From Macrostomum hystrix (Eukaryota; Animalia; Platyhelminthes), in assembly GCA_950097015.1 (NCBI GenBank), contig CATNEN010000038.1, forward strand, positions 14,074,001 through 14,138,000: a DNA stretch of 64,000 bases, written 5' to 3'. Under the pieces are notes generated by a model. That model made no database searches. It was not told the origin of the DNA and was given only the letters and a program-made list of their open reading frames with translations. Numbering within the stretch: the first letter of the stretch is position 1; each line of letters begins with the position of its first letter. Of the stretch, positions 37,460 to 51,004 are shown piece after piece. The translations under genes and the position numbers were made by a program.

Positions 37460-38100
37460 GCGGGATAGAAAGGAGAGAAAGGGGGCAGAAGGGGAAGAGA
37501 TACGGGGGTAGAAAGGAGAGATAGGGGTAGAAAGGAGACACAGGATAAAAGACTCCATAGGTGTAGAATGGAGAGAAAGGGAGTAGAAGGGGGAGATACG
37601 AAGTAAAAATGAGAGCAAGGGGTAGAAAGTAGAGATATGGGTAGAAAGGACAGACTGGGGGTAGAAAGGACAGACTGGGGGTAGAAAGGACAGACTGGGG
37701 GAAGAAAGGACAGACTGGGGGTAGAAAGGACAGACTGGGGTAGAAAGGACAGACTGGGGGTAGAAAGGACAGACTGGGGGGTAGAAAGGACAGACTGGGG
37801 GTAGAAAGGACAGACTGGGGGTAGAAAGGACAGACTGGGGGTAGAAAGGACAGACTGGGGGTAGAAAGGACAGACTGGGGGTAGAAAGGACAGACTGGGA
37901 ATAGAAAGGAGGCACAGGGGTTGATAAAAGACAGGGTGTAGAATGGAGAGAAAGGGAGTAGAAGGGGAGATACGAAGTAAAAAGGAGAGATAGGGAGGTA
38001 GAAAGGAGAGACTGGGGTAGAAATAAGACACAGGGTTTGAAAGAAGACAGGGGGTAGAATGGATAAAAAGGGAGATACGGGGGTAGAAAGGAGGGGACAG
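37460..38100 (+). repeat. 20-bp minisatellite (ggggtagaaaggacagactg) with degenerate flanks
   Basis: Homogeneous core 37640-37900; diverged related units on both sides. Confidence 0.93.
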
Positions 38101-38919
38101 CCTAGTAGAGGGTTGAGCAGCGAATTGTAGCCAGACCAGCTCGTCACGTCAGGTTTCAGCAAGTAACGTTGCCAACTGCAGTCAGCCAAACGGCAATCGC
38201 TACAAAATGCCCTCTTTTCGATGTCCCAAAGCTGGGCTTTGGAAGGTGACTGCAGCAAATGGGGAGACACATCTGCTTGTGGACGCATTGCAACATGGCA
38301 ACGAAACCAAGCAACTGTCAAGCATGAGGCATTGGTGATGTTCCTGGCTCAGTTCGTCTCCTGAATTCCTCGAGTCTGGAGAGGCTGCTGAAGTGTATCA
38401 GAAATCGACAGAATGTGTTTGCAGCTTTCGAAAATTTATGCATCAGCCAGACCCAGCTGAAGGACAAAAACTGCTCAGACTTGAGCATAGACTCAAAACG
38501 CATCGTTTGCCAGTTTTCCCCGTCTCAATTCGGGGGTGTTTGAAATTTTCAATTCACGGCCCCCGCCGAGTCTATTGTGAGTCCGTCTGACTCACCTCAA
38601 GGTTGAGCATGACGGGATGCTTCAAGGCCATTGTGTCCCAGTTTTCAACCCTTACTTTTCATCCCCAACACTTTCACTCAAATTTTTCAGCATCTCAGAA
38701 TGAATTGGTCAACACGGACACTTTTTATGCCATTACAGCCTTAGCGACGACTGGGAACTGCTTTTTAGGGGCTTCCGAAAACTACTCCGCTTTCTATTCC
38801 TAATCGCTATTCTGCTTTTAATATTTTTATTTTGTTTTTTTTTCTTACTATATTTTTTCGAAAATCAATTTTTTTTCAGAAGCGTAAATTTTTGTTTAGC
38901 TTCTAGCATTTTCCCAGAA

Positions 38920-39650
38920 TTCCCATTTCTCCCCCACCTGGTTCCATTTCTCCCCTTCTCATCCCATTTCTCCCCTTTTCATCTGATTTCTCCCCTTCTC
39001 ATCCCATTTCTCCCCTTTTCATCTGATTTCTCCCCTTCTCATCCCATTTCTCCCCTTTTCATCTGATTTCTCCCCTTCTCATCCCATTTCTCCCCCTTTC
39101 ATCTGATTTCTCCCCTTCTTATCCCATTTCTCCCCTTTTCATCTGATTTCTCCCCTTCTTATCCCATTTCTCCCCTTTTCATCTGATTTCTCCCCTTCTT
39201 ATCCCATTTCTCCCCATTTCATCCATTTCTTCCCTTCTCATCCCATTTCTCCCCTTTTCATCGGATTTCTCCCCTTTTCACCTGATTTCTCCCCTTCTTA
39301 TCCCATTTCTTCCCCAACTCCGCCCATTTCTCCCCTTTTCATCTGATTTCTCCCCTTCTTATCCGCATTTCTCCCCTTTTCATCTGATTTCTCCCCTTCT
39401 TATCCCATTTCTTCCCCAACTCTGCCCATTTCTCCCCTTTTCATCTGATTTCTCCCCTTCTTATCCGCATTTCTCCCCTTTTCATCTGATTTCTCCGCTT
39501 CTTATCCCATTTCTCCCCTTTTCATCGGATTTCTCCCCTTCTCATCCCATTTCTCCCCTTTTCATCTGATTTCTCCCCTTCTCATCCCATTTCTTCCCCA
39601 ACTCTGCCCATTTCTCGCCATTTCATCCATTTCTTCTCTTCTCAACCTAT
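38920..39650 (+). repeat. 20/40-bp minisatellite (atcccatttctccccttttc / atctgatttctccccttctc)
   Basis: Alternating 20-bp variants. Confidence 0.95.
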
Positions 39651-40109
39651 TCCCCCCTTTTCTCATGTCTCACGCACATCTCATTTCTATCTACCCATTT
39701 CTCCCCCGGATCTTCCTATTCCTCCCTATCTCTTCCCAAACCACCCATATCTTCCCATTTCTCTCTAAATCTCCCACAGGTCCCCAATTAAGTATCCCAC
39801 ACGGCTAACTGAATCGAACCAACCGATTTCAAAGCAGATTCGATAAGACCGACGCGAAAAAAGAGGAAAAAATCTTCTTGGCCGAAAATGTTGCGCAACT
39901 AAAGTTGTCAAAATATAACATATCACCTCAGCATTGCTGGTGGCAATGAGCAGTGTGAGAGAAATAAAGATTAGAAAAAGTTAAGAAATGAATTTATCAG
40001 ACTTCAAAACGCACGGGAATAAATCACAATTTCGGAGTCCGCAGAAATAATATTACGTAAGAGGTGAGTCAGGAAAATTTCAAGAAAAAAAAGAAGAAAA
40101 ATAGGTGAG

Positions 40110-40235
40110 AAACACCAGCTGCGAAAGTGGAACAAAATAGGTCTGCGGTTCGAATCCTAGCCAGTTTTGAGGAGCAATTTGAGTTCTTGAGCGAGGCACT
40201 TCATTCCGCTTCAGTTTAACAAGTTGTAAAATTTG
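40110..40235 (+). mobile_element. Degenerate SINE family 1 head and CORE-like segment
   Basis: B box ggttcgaatcc at ~40147, then gagttcttgagcgaggcacttcat...gttgtaaaat. A family-1 tail (cccagtccatggaccgaacag) occurs at ~40607-40627. Confidence 0.5.
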
Positions 40236-40279
40236 TGACAGCAGAGTGAAAAATATAATTATTTGGAAAAACTTTAATA

Positions 40280-40590
40280 ATAATTATTATTATAGGAGGG
40301 CTGCAGGCAATGGCACATCATTTGGTGACACTAGACCCGCAGCCAGCGAGGAGCCAATTCTGCCCATTTCGCTGACTCCTGAGCACACACGCACGCAAGC
40401 TCACACAGGTGTGCACATCTGCCCTGACTTTCTCATCGTCAGGCAGTGTACACTCTCACTGTACCTTGCAGGTTGGCCCTCAAGGGCGTTAAATTGCACG
40501 ACAAGCCACCAAGCCTTCTCTCCGCGGCTGCGCCCCAAATAATGTGGTCTCGCCGCGGAATCGAGCTCAGGGCCGTCATTGGTTTGGTGT
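40280..40590 (-). mobile_element. tRNA-derived SINE family 2 with (TAA)n tail
   Basis: Minus strand: B-box-like gagctcgattcc, a body closely matching 63830-64000, and a 3' tail gccctcctataataataattatt. Confidence 0.78.
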
Positions 40591-41479
40591 AGAAATTTGG
40601 GCCCTTCCCAGTCCATGGACCGAACAGACTGTACACAGCGGCTGTGATCACGTGACGTTACACCTGGCCTAGATAAGTTGAGCAGTCAAAAAAAGAAGAT
40701 TTTATTTCAAGACAAAAGCTGAGCACTGCAAGCGAACTGTCAAACGCAGATATTCTGAGAAATCCAGTTTGAGCAGTTAATTAAGGCCGTGCTCCTTGGA
40801 GTTGACGTGGACAGATTATTGCGTAATCCGGAAGAATAAATTGAATCTCTTCTCGCTTTCTCAATGTGAAACTAAGCTGGCATGGTTTTTAGAGAGACAG
40901 AAATTCAACTGGCGACCGCCAAGAAAAAAATGAGAAAAAAGCGTTTTTCTGTCTCTGAGTTGGCTCGAACCCCCGCAGTCCAAGGTGGGTTTGGTCCAAT
41001 TAAAACTAATTGCCACGCAAAGTGGTCCCTTCGCAACTTCTATTGGAATTTGCATTGCAGTTTTTTCTCTTGGGTTTAATAAAATGTTTTGATTCTGTGA
41101 AAATTGTCTAATTAACCGACCTGACCGCACGCTGCAGCAGGAATGTTGCTTTGACAAAGCAATGAATGAAAGATAGTATTGCTCTGACTCGAATATTATA
41201 ATGTTGGCCTGCTCTGCTGTGAGAAGCTGCTCAGACTAAAAGTAATTCCGTAGGAATGAGATTCTGAGATAGTTTTATTAACTGCATTTTACTGTATATA
41301 CTGTAGAAATGTTAGAGACTAGAAATTTAGTCTAAGCAAAGGTCAAATAGAGAAACTGGGAATTGGGAAGAGAGGAGAGTAAAAGAAAGGGTAAGGAGAG
41401 AGGAGGGAAAGAATGAGAAGTGGGGATAGGGAGGAGAAGAGGAAGGGGAAGGCAGAAAATCCATCTGTCCTAGAGAAGC

Positions 41480-42252
41480 TTAAGAAGAAGAGGAAAGGTG
41501 AGGAAAAGGGGAAGAGGAGAGATGAGGAAAATGGGAAGAGGAGAGATGAGGAAAATGGGAGGGGAGAGATGAGAAAAATGGAAGAGGAGAGATGAGGAAA
41601 ATGGAAGAGGAGAGATGAGGAAAATGGGAAGAGGAGAGATGAGGAAAATGGAAGAGGAGAGATGAGGAAAATGGAAGAGGAGAGATGAGGAAAATAGAAG
41701 AGGAGAGATGAGGAAAATGGGAAGAGGAGAAATGAGGAAAAGGGGAAGAGGAGAAATGAGGAAAAGGGGAAGAGGAGAAAGGAGGAAAAGGGAAGAAGAA
41801 AGGTGAGGAAAAGGGGAAGAGGAGAGATGAGGAAAAGGGGAAGAGGAGAAAGGAGGAAAAGGGAAGAAGAAAGGTGAGGAAAAGGGGAAGAGGAGAGATG
41901 AGGAAAATGGAAGAGAAGAGATGAGGAAAAGGGGAAGAGGAGAAATGAGGAAAATGGAAGAGGAGATATGAGGAAAATGGAAGAGGAGAGATGAGGAGAA
42001 TGGGAAGAGGTAAGGTGAGGAAAATGGGAAGAGGTAAGGTGAGGAAAATGGGAAGAGGAGAAATGAGGAAAAGGGGAAGAGGAGAAATGAGGAAAATTGA
42101 AGAGGAGAGATGAGGAAAAGGGGAAGAGGAGAGATGAAGAAAATGGGAGGAGGAAAGGTGAGGAAAATGGAAGAGGAGAGATGATGAAAGTGGAGAGGAG
42201 AGATGAGGAAAGTGGAGAGGAGAGATGAGGAAAGTGGAGAGGAGAGATGAGA
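41480..42252 (+). repeat. ~23-24-bp polypurine minisatellite (gaggagagatgaggaaaatggaa)
   Basis: Seen directly. Confidence 0.94.
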
Positions 42253-42679
42253 ACACAATAGATTCCGATTCTGAGAAGGCAGTGGCTGAAAGTGAGAGAC
42301 AAAATCAGGCAGATTGAGATGGAAAAAGAAAATAATTGAGTCCACTTCTGAGTTAGAGCAGCCACTGTGACTGAGTCCTGTTCGTTCCACATCGGCTCTT
42401 CAAGGGCAGCAATGCACAGTTTAGAGTGGGAACTCAAATCCCTATTAGCAGCGAACTCAGAGAAATCTTGCCCGCTGTCAGACTCAATTTTGGTCCTTTC
42501 CTGAGTTGCCAGGCCTCAGAAATAATTCAGCGTCATTTTCAACTAATGCGCGCTGGGAGGCACTTTTCTGTTCTGATAATGAAGCCATTCGACAACTCGA
42601 ATCTCTCACAGACAGTGGATAATCCTTGCTAACTTCTGACACCATTGTGATCTGCAATGCACTTTTTAGATAAACTCTC

Positions 42680-44110
42680 AACTGAAGATCCGATAATCTG
42701 AACTGAAGACCCCATAATCTCAACTAAAGACCCGATAATCCCAACTAAACACCCGATAATCCCAACTAAAGACCCGATAATCCTAACTAAACACCCGATA
42801 ATCCCAACTAAAGATCCAATAATCCAAACTAACACCCGATAATCCCAACTAAAGACCCGATAATCCCAACTAAACACCCGATAATCCCAACTAAATACCC
42901 GATAATCTCAACTAAAGACCCGATAATCCCAACTAAACACCCGATAATCCCAACTAAAGACCCGATAATCCTAACTAAACACCCGATAATCCAAACTAAA
43001 GATCCAATAATCCAAACTAACACCCGATAATCCCAACTAAAGACCCGATAATCCCAACTAAACACCCGATAATCCCAACTAAATACCCGATAATCTCAAC
43101 TAAAGACCCGATAATCCAAACTAAAGACCCGATAATCCCAACTAAACACCCGATAATCCAAACTAAAGACCCGATAATCCCAACTAAACACCCGATAATC
43201 CCAACTAAACACCCGATAATCCCAACTAAATACCCGATAATCTCAACTAAATACCCGATAATCCTAACTAAAGATCCAATAATCCAAACTAAAGACCCGA
43301 TAATCCTAACTAAAGATCCGATAATCCTAACTAAAGATCCAATAATCCAAACTAAAGACCCGATAATCCCAACTAAAGACCCGATAATCCTAACTAAAGA
43401 TCCAATAATCCTAACTAAAGACCCGATAATCCCAACTAAAGACCCGATAATCCTAACTAAAGACCCGATAATCCTAACTAAAGATCCAATAATCCAAACT
43501 AAAGACCCGATAATCCTAACTAAAGATCCAATAATCCTAACTAAAGATCCAATAATCCAAACTAAAGACCCGATAATCCGAACTGAAGACCCGATAATCC
43601 TAACTAAAGACCCGATAATCCAAACTAAAGACCCGATAATCCTAACTAAAGATCCAATAATCCTAACTAAAGACCCGATAATCCTAACTAAAGACCCGAT
43701 AATCCCAACTAAAGACCCGATAATCCGAACTGAAGACCCGATAATCCCAACTAAACACCCGATAATCCCAACTAAATACCCGATAATCCCAACTAAAGAC
43801 CCGATAATCCCAACTAAAGACCCGATAATCCGAACTGAAGACCCGATAATCCCAACTAAACACCCGATAATCCCAACTAAATACCCGATAATCCCAACTA
43901 AATACCCGATAATCCCAACTAAACACTGGATAATCCCAATTGAAAAACCGATAATCTAAACTAAATAATCGATAATCCTAACTAAACACCCGATAATCCC
44001 AACTAAACTTCCGATAATCCTAACTAAAGATCCGATAATCCCAACTAAAGATCCGATAATCCCAACTTAAGATCTGAAACTCCCAAATGAAGACCCGAAA
44101 ATCTGAACTT
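42680..44110 (+). repeat. ~21-bp minisatellite (cccgataatcccaactaaaga)
   Basis: More than 60 variant units. Confidence 0.97.
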
Positions 44111-44766
44111 AAACATGAAACGAACTAAAACCAATTTTCACTTCAGTGATAAATCGAGGTGTTGAGGTCAACATTTGAACAATTTATGATTGACAGAGAT
44201 CAGCTAATAGCATGCTTGGAGATTAAGCTGGGTGAAGTGTTAATTGTGTGGTTACAGAGGACGTGTGTGCAGCCAGCTGCTGCTGCTGCTGCTACTGCTA
44301 TTGTCGTGACGCATTGCCGCCATTAATTTTCTTTCTTTTCTTAAAAGATCCCGACAGAAAAAATCCTGGGATTAAAATTCGCCGCCCTTTCTGAGCAAGA
44401 AGCCCGCCCAGTTGAGTAGCCGCCCACTTCAAGAACTTCCTGCGGCCTGAAAGCCGGCCCAACAATGCTCACTCCATCCTCACAGCCACCTAGTTACACA
44501 CTTCCCTTCCACTGGCCTAGGGCCCATTGAAATATCCCCGATTCTAGCTCAAAATTCTAGAAAGTCATTGTACCCAGCTTTATCACTGAATAACTAAGAG
44601 AATTCCATTTTGATTCCTCGTGGGAAATTAAAACAATTTAGCTTGGGTTGGCTAAGATTGTCCTTTTGTTTTGGGAATATTCTATATAATCCTCAGAATG
44701 TGATCAATAAATTTACTTTTTATTGTTGCACTTCTCAGCATAGTTTCAAAATGCTGACTGATCGGA

Positions 44767-45835
44767 CCTAGAGTGTCTGTCCTAGAGTGCGTCTGTCCTA
44801 GAGTGTCTGTCCTAGAGTGTCTGTCCTAGAGTGTCTGTCCTAGAGTGTCTGTCCTAGAGTGTCTGTCCTAGAGTGTCTGTCCTAGAGTGTCTGTCCTAGA
44901 GTGTGTCTGTCCTAGAGTGTCTGTCCTAGAGTGTCTGTCCTAGAGTGTCTGTCCTAGAGTGTCTGTAATTGAGTGTCTGTACTTGAGTGTCTGTCCTAGA
45001 GTCTGTCCTAGAGTGTCTGTCCTAGAGTGTCTGTCCTAGAGTGTCTGTCCTAGAGTGTCTGTCCTAGAGTGTGTCTGTCCTAGAGTGTCTGTCCTAGAGT
45101 TTCTGTCCTAGAGTGTCTGTAATTGAGTGTCTGTACTTAAGTGTCTGCCCTAGAGTCTGTCCTAGAGTGTCTGTCCTAGAGTGTCTGTCCTAGAGTGTCT
45201 GTCCTAGAGTGTCTGTCCTAGAGTGTGTCTGTCCTAGAGTGTCTGTCCTAGAGTGTCTGTAATTGAGTGTCTGTCCTTGAGTGTCTGCCCTAGAGTCTGT
45301 CCTAGAGTGTCTGTCCTAGAGTGTCTGTCCTAGAGTGTCTGTCCTAGAGTGTGTCTGTCCTAGAGTGTCTGTCCTAGAGTGTCTGTCCTAGAGTGTCTGT
45401 AATTGAGTGTCTGTAATTGAGTGTCTGTCCTTGAGTGTCTGTCCTAGAGTCTGTCCTAGAGTGTCTGTCCTAGAGTACCTGTCCTAGAGTGTGTCTGTCC
45501 TAGAGTGTCTGTCCTAGAGTGTCTGTCCTAGAGTGTCTGTCCTAGAGTCTGTCCTAGAGTGTGTCTGTCCTAGAGTGTCTGTCCTAGAGTGTCTGTCCTA
45601 GAGTGTCTGTAATTGAGTGTCTGTCCTTTAGTGTCTGTCCTAGAGTCTGTCCTAGAGTGTCTGTCCTAGAGTGTCTGTCCTAGAGTGTCTGTCCCAGAGT
45701 GCCTGTCCTAGAGTGTGCCTGTCCTAGAGTGTCTGTCCTAGAGTGTCTGTCCTAGAGTGTGTCTGTCCTAGAGTGTGTCTGTCCCAGAGTGTCTGTCCCA
45801 GAGTGTCTGTAATAGAGTGTCCGTGCTTGAGTGTC
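44767..45835 (+). repeat. 14-bp minisatellite (ctagagtgtctgtc)
   Basis: Seen directly; periodic gtaattgag variants suggest higher-order structure. Confidence 0.97.
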
Positions 45836-46310
45836 TCTTTGCAAATCTAGGATCTCAAATCTGAAGCAAACTATCCCGCAGTTCCTGTCCGTCAATCATT
45901 TCGAGTGTCTATGGTTAAACTGATTGGCTTGCTTACCTCAATTGCTAGATTGAAGTAGGTTATTTAGTTTCAACGCAGCTTTTTACAGTGCTAGTCCCAT
46001 GCTGATCTGGGTGTCGTGACTCAAGAAATCGATTCAGCTTGTTCCCGATGCCAAGCAGCTCAGGATAAAAGCAGTGGGTCAGAACTTTCTGCAACCAAAT
46101 TCCCTTAAAAAGCACTTTTATAGCAATCTGGTCATGAGGGATAAGCATGTGATCAGCATGGCGTCTAGGACCTCTCAGACAGCCAGCTCTCCTCTATCGA
46201 TTGATTGACCCTTCGCGCGCCATTCCAGATTCGATTCAGGGGAAGTTTTTGTTGGGAACGTAAAAACAACACATAAGAAAAGTGCTCATTGGAATCATAG
46301 AATCCGATCA

Positions 46311-46618
46311 AGCAACGAGAACAACAACAGAAAAAGCAGCAGCAACGAGAACAACAACAGAAAAAGCAGCAGCAACGAGAACAACAACAGAAAAAGCAGC
46401 AGCAACGAGAACAACAACAGAAAAAGCAGCAGCAACGAGAACAACAACAGAAGCAGCAGCAGCAACGAGAACAACAACAGAAACAGCAGCAGCAACGAGA
46501 ACAACAACAGAAAAAGCAGCAGCAACGAGAACAACAACAGAAGCAGCAGCAGCAACAAGAACAACAACAGAAGCAGCAGCAGCAACAAGAACAACAACAG
46601 AAGCAGCAGCAGCAACAT
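46311..46618 (+). repeat. 30-bp compound CAG/AAC minisatellite
   Basis: About 10 units of agcaacgagaacaacaacagaaaaagcagc. Confidence 0.95.
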
Positions 46619-46998
46619 GAATAGCGGCCGCTGCAGTGGACATGACGAAGAAATTTCACCTTAGTCTGTTTTGCCCATCAGTTATTTATTATAATAAATT
46701 TCTTTACTCGTAGAAAGCATTAGAAAAACAGAGGCTTAGGCAGGTGAACGAAAATCTGATACTGGGACGGAGGTGAAATTCCTTAAAGATCAGGAGATGT
46801 CAATCTTTCATTCAGTGCAGCTGAGGCGACCGTTTTACATATTTTTCCTAATCGTTAACTTTCTGTGTTTTGGAAGCCGGCAGTTTTGTTTTTAATATTA
46901 AGCCCTGTTTAGCAGACTGGCTGTATTTTGTATTGTACCCTCGCTATTATCGTTGGAGGCTATGAGAGGAAATGAAATATTTGTTCCAGCTCTTACTA

Positions 46999-48910
46999 TC
47001 TCTCACCCCTCCACTAAACATTCTCTCACCCCTCCACTAAACATTCTCTAACCCCTCCACTAAACATTCTCTCACCCCTCCACTAAATATTCTCTCACCC
47101 CTCCACTAAACATTCTCTCACCCCTCCACTAAATATTCTCTCACCCCTCCACTAAACATTCTCTCACCCCTCCACTAAACATTCTCTAACCCCTCCACTA
47201 AACATTCTCTAACCCCTCCACTAAACATTCTCTCACCCCTCCACTAAACATTCTCTCACCCCTCCACTAAACATTCTCTCACCCCTCCACTAAACATTCT
47301 CTCACCCTTCCAATAAACATTCTCTCACCCCTCCACTAAATATTCTCTCACCCCTCCACTAAACATTCTCTCACCCTTCCAATAAACATTCTCTCACCCC
47401 TCCACTAAACATTCTCTCACCCTTCCAATAAACATTCTCTCACCCCTCCACTAAACATTCTCTAACCCCTCCACTAAACATTCTCTAACCCCTCCACTAA
47501 ACATTCTCTCACCCCTCCACTAAACATTCTCTCACCCCTCCACTAAACATTCTCTAACCCCTCCACTAAACATTCTCTAACCCCTCCACTAAACATTCTC
47601 TAACCCCTCCACTAAACATTCTCTCACCCCTCCACTAAACATTCTCTCACCCCTCCACTAAACATTCTCTCACCCTTCCAATAAACATTCTCTCACCCCT
47701 CCACTAAATATTCTCTCACCCCTCCACTAAACATTCTCTCACCCTTCCAATAAACATTCTCTCACCCCTCCACTAAACATTCTCTCACCCTTCCAATAAA
47801 TATTCTCTCACCCCTCCACTAAACATTCTCTAACCCCTCCACTAAACATTCTCTAACCCCTCCACTAAACATTCTCTCACCCCTCCACTAAACATTCTCT
47901 CACCCTTCCAATAAACATTCTCTCACCCCTCCACTAAACATTCTCTCACCCTTCCAATAAACATTCTCTCACCCCTCCACTAAACATTCTCTAACCCCTC
48001 CACTAAACATTCTCTAACCCCTCCACTAAACATTCTCTCACCCCTCCACTAAACATTCTCTCACCCCTCCACTAAACATTCTCTCACCCTTCCAATAAAC
48101 ATTCTCTCACCCCTCCACTAAACATTCTCTCACCCTTCCAATAAACATTCTCTCACCCCTCCACTAAACATTCTCTAACCCCTCCACTAAACATTCTCTA
48201 ACCCCTCCACTAAACATTCTCTCACCCTTCCAATAAACATTCTCTCACCCTTCCAATAAACATTCTCTCACCCCTCCACTAAACATTCTCTCACCCTTCC
48301 AATAAACATTCTCTCACCCCTCCACTAAACATTCTCTAACCCCTCCACTAAACATTCTCTAACCCCTCCACTAAACATTCTCTCACCCTTCCAATAAACA
48401 TTCTCTCACCCCTCCACTAAACATTCTCTCACCCTTCCAATAAACATTCTCTCACCCCTCCACTAAACATTCTCTAACCCCTCCACTAAACATTCTCTAA
48501 CCCCTCCACTAAACATTCTCTCACCCCTCCACTAAACATTCTCTCACCCCTCCACTAAATATTCTCTCACCCCTCCACTAAACATTCTCTCACCCTTCCA
48601 ATAAACATTCTCTCACCCCTCCACTAAACATTCTCTCACCCCTCCACTAAACATTCTCTCACCCCTCCACAAAATATTCTCTCACCCCTCCACTAAACAT
48701 TCTCTCACCCTTCCAATAAACATTCTCTCACCCCTCCACTAAACATTCTCTCACCCCTCCACTAAACATTCTCTCACCCCTCCACTAAACATTCTCTCAC
48801 CCCTCCACTAAACATTCTCTCACCCCTCCACTAAACATTCTCTCACCCCTCCACTAAACATTCTCTCACCCCTCCACTAAACATTCTCTCACCCCTCCAC
48901 TAAACATTCT
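46999..48910 (+). repeat. 23-bp minisatellite (ctctcacccctccactaaacatt), ~80 copies
   Basis: Period 23 at 47001/47024. Confidence 0.98.
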
Positions 48911-49290
48911 CTTACCCCATCCTCACCCTTCTCTCACCCTTCTCTCACCATTCTCTCACCCTTCTCTCCCTCTTATTTCAACCTTCTCTCCATCTTATCT
49001 CACCCTTCTCTCCCTCTTATTTCAACCTTCTCTCCATCTTATCTCACCCTTATCTCCCTCTTCTCTCCCTCTTTTCTTCCTTTTATCTCCCTCTTATCTC
49101 ACCCTTACCTCACCCTTTTCTCACCCTTCTCTCCCTCTTATCTCACCCTTCTCTTCCTGTTGTCTCACCCTTCTCTCACTCTTATCTCACCCTTCTCTCC
49201 CTCTTATCTCACCCTTCTCTTCCTGTTGTCTCACCCTTCTCTCCCTCTTATCTCACCCTTCTCTCCCTCTTATCTCACCCTTCTACCACC
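48911..49290 (+). repeat. Degenerate pyrimidine repeat (ctccctcttatctcacccttct)
   Basis: Abuts the 23-bp array and shares its tctcaccc core. Confidence 0.85.
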
Positions 49291-49977
49291 CATCTACCAC
49301 CCCTTTAAAGTAGAACTTGCGAGCATGGAACACTGCACAGCTAGTACGAGCGAATCAAATCGAAATTGCCTCACGCGCCATTTGCCAGCCGGACAAAATC
49401 TCCCATTTATCCCCAAAATAATCTCGCAGTGGACAAGTTCTGCTTGGGTCTTCGCCAACAGCCCCAGCAGCCGGCTAAAAGCAACTGCACTTGTTTGTCT
49501 AAGCCAGACAGCAATGTCCCCCTGTCCTCAGCTGGATGCACAGGGAGAAGAAACAGTTAAGGAATTTTCCGAAATAGATGAACAAGTAAATTGCTTGCAG
49601 TTTTGCCGCCGCCGCGAAATCAACAACATTTCTTTAGCGACTCGCTGACCAGAGCCCACCCTTCCAATGCTGTGGCATTCAACATCCATAAGCAACTAGG
49701 CAAATCAATCTGTGTTAGCTCTGAACAGACCCGGCCCAATCTAGCATATGCCACGCTCTCCTTCCGCCGCGGTGTCTTCCAGCGTTGCGCAGTCTTCCTT
49801 TTTTATTTTTGGCAACATTTGTTCCTCCTGACTTCGAAAAAATAGAAGAGAAAACTGTCCAGCAAGTTGTTCAGGGGAGAAGGAGAGGCCTCTGCTACAC
49901 CATCGTGCGCTGTGAAACTTTTCACGCAACTCCAAAACTGCGTTTTCTAAAAAAACGAACTGTAATTCAACGTTACA

Positions 49978-50470
49978 ATTCCTGTAACACCCTTCTGTAA
50001 CAGTTACTGTAACACCCTTCTGTAACAGTTACTGTAACACCCTTCTGTAACAGTTACTGTAACACCCTTCTGTACCAGTTACTGTAACACCTTTCTGTAA
50101 CAGTTCCTGTAACATCCTTCTGTAACAGTTACTGTAACTCCCTTCTGTAACAGTTCCTGTAACACCCTTCTGTAACAGTTCCTGTGACTCCCTTCTGTTA
50201 CAGTTCCTGTAACTTATCTTATCTCCCTCTTATCTCACCCTTCTCTCGTTACATCCTTCTGTAACAGTTCCTGTAACACCTTTTGTAACAATACCTGTAT
50301 TACCCTCCTTCGAATATTACGGTAACACCCTTTTTAGCTATTCCAGTAACACGTTAATTTAATAATCACAGTAAACCCACTTTAAAAATTCCTGTAACAC
50401 CCTTCTGTAACGCTTTCTTTAACACCGTTCTATAACAATTCCTATAACATTCCCTCTATCTTCTGTAACA
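49978..50470 (+). repeat. 25-bp minisatellite (ctgtaacacccttctgtaacagtta), degenerating 3'
   Basis: Seen directly. Confidence 0.9.
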
Positions 50471-51004
50471 TAAACTAATCGAAACTCAAATTTCATGATC
50501 TAATCTTCCCTAAGGCAACCCGAATGGATTAACGCCAGTTAAGGATTAGCCGACAAGCAAGCACCCACCCCATTCTCCTCTCACCTAAGCTGCCAAACCA
50601 ACCAAACGAGAGACAATCATTTTTGCCCCTAAATTGCAACTCCTTTCAGCTGGTGCTTGAAGCTGAAAGGTTGGATACTGAGGGGGAGATGGGAGGAAGG
50701 AGCACTGACTGATGGAGAATTAGTTGCTGTCAGGCCGGCTGTCAGCTGCTGCTGCTGCTGCTGCTGCTGCTTCTTAAGAAGACTCGACCACTGCGAGTGC
50801 TTCCTAACTATTTGGCATCTAAGGTCCAGCATAAGGCCCCTGTGAGTGTTCAGGCCAGCTTAATTGCCTGCTGCCGCCTTCCGTTGCCCTAGCAGAACAA
50901 GAAATGCAACAATTAACAGGCAGAAAAATGCTGGCGATGGGATCAAATCCCAGGAATTAGCGATGGGGTGGTAAATTGATAATGATTGAATGCGATAATG
51001 AATA

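Noticed and set aside
40325-40380. Minus-strand ggcTCCTCGCTggc resembling HDV ribozyme P3/L3
   Set aside because: P3 has a G-G mismatch, no P1.1 GG at the expected spacing and no downstream J4/2-P2; the segment pairs better as a simple hairpin.
42680-44110. cctaa/cccaa motifs suggesting interstitial telomeric repeat
   Set aside because: They are part of a ~21-bp unit; no (CCCTAA)n run is present.
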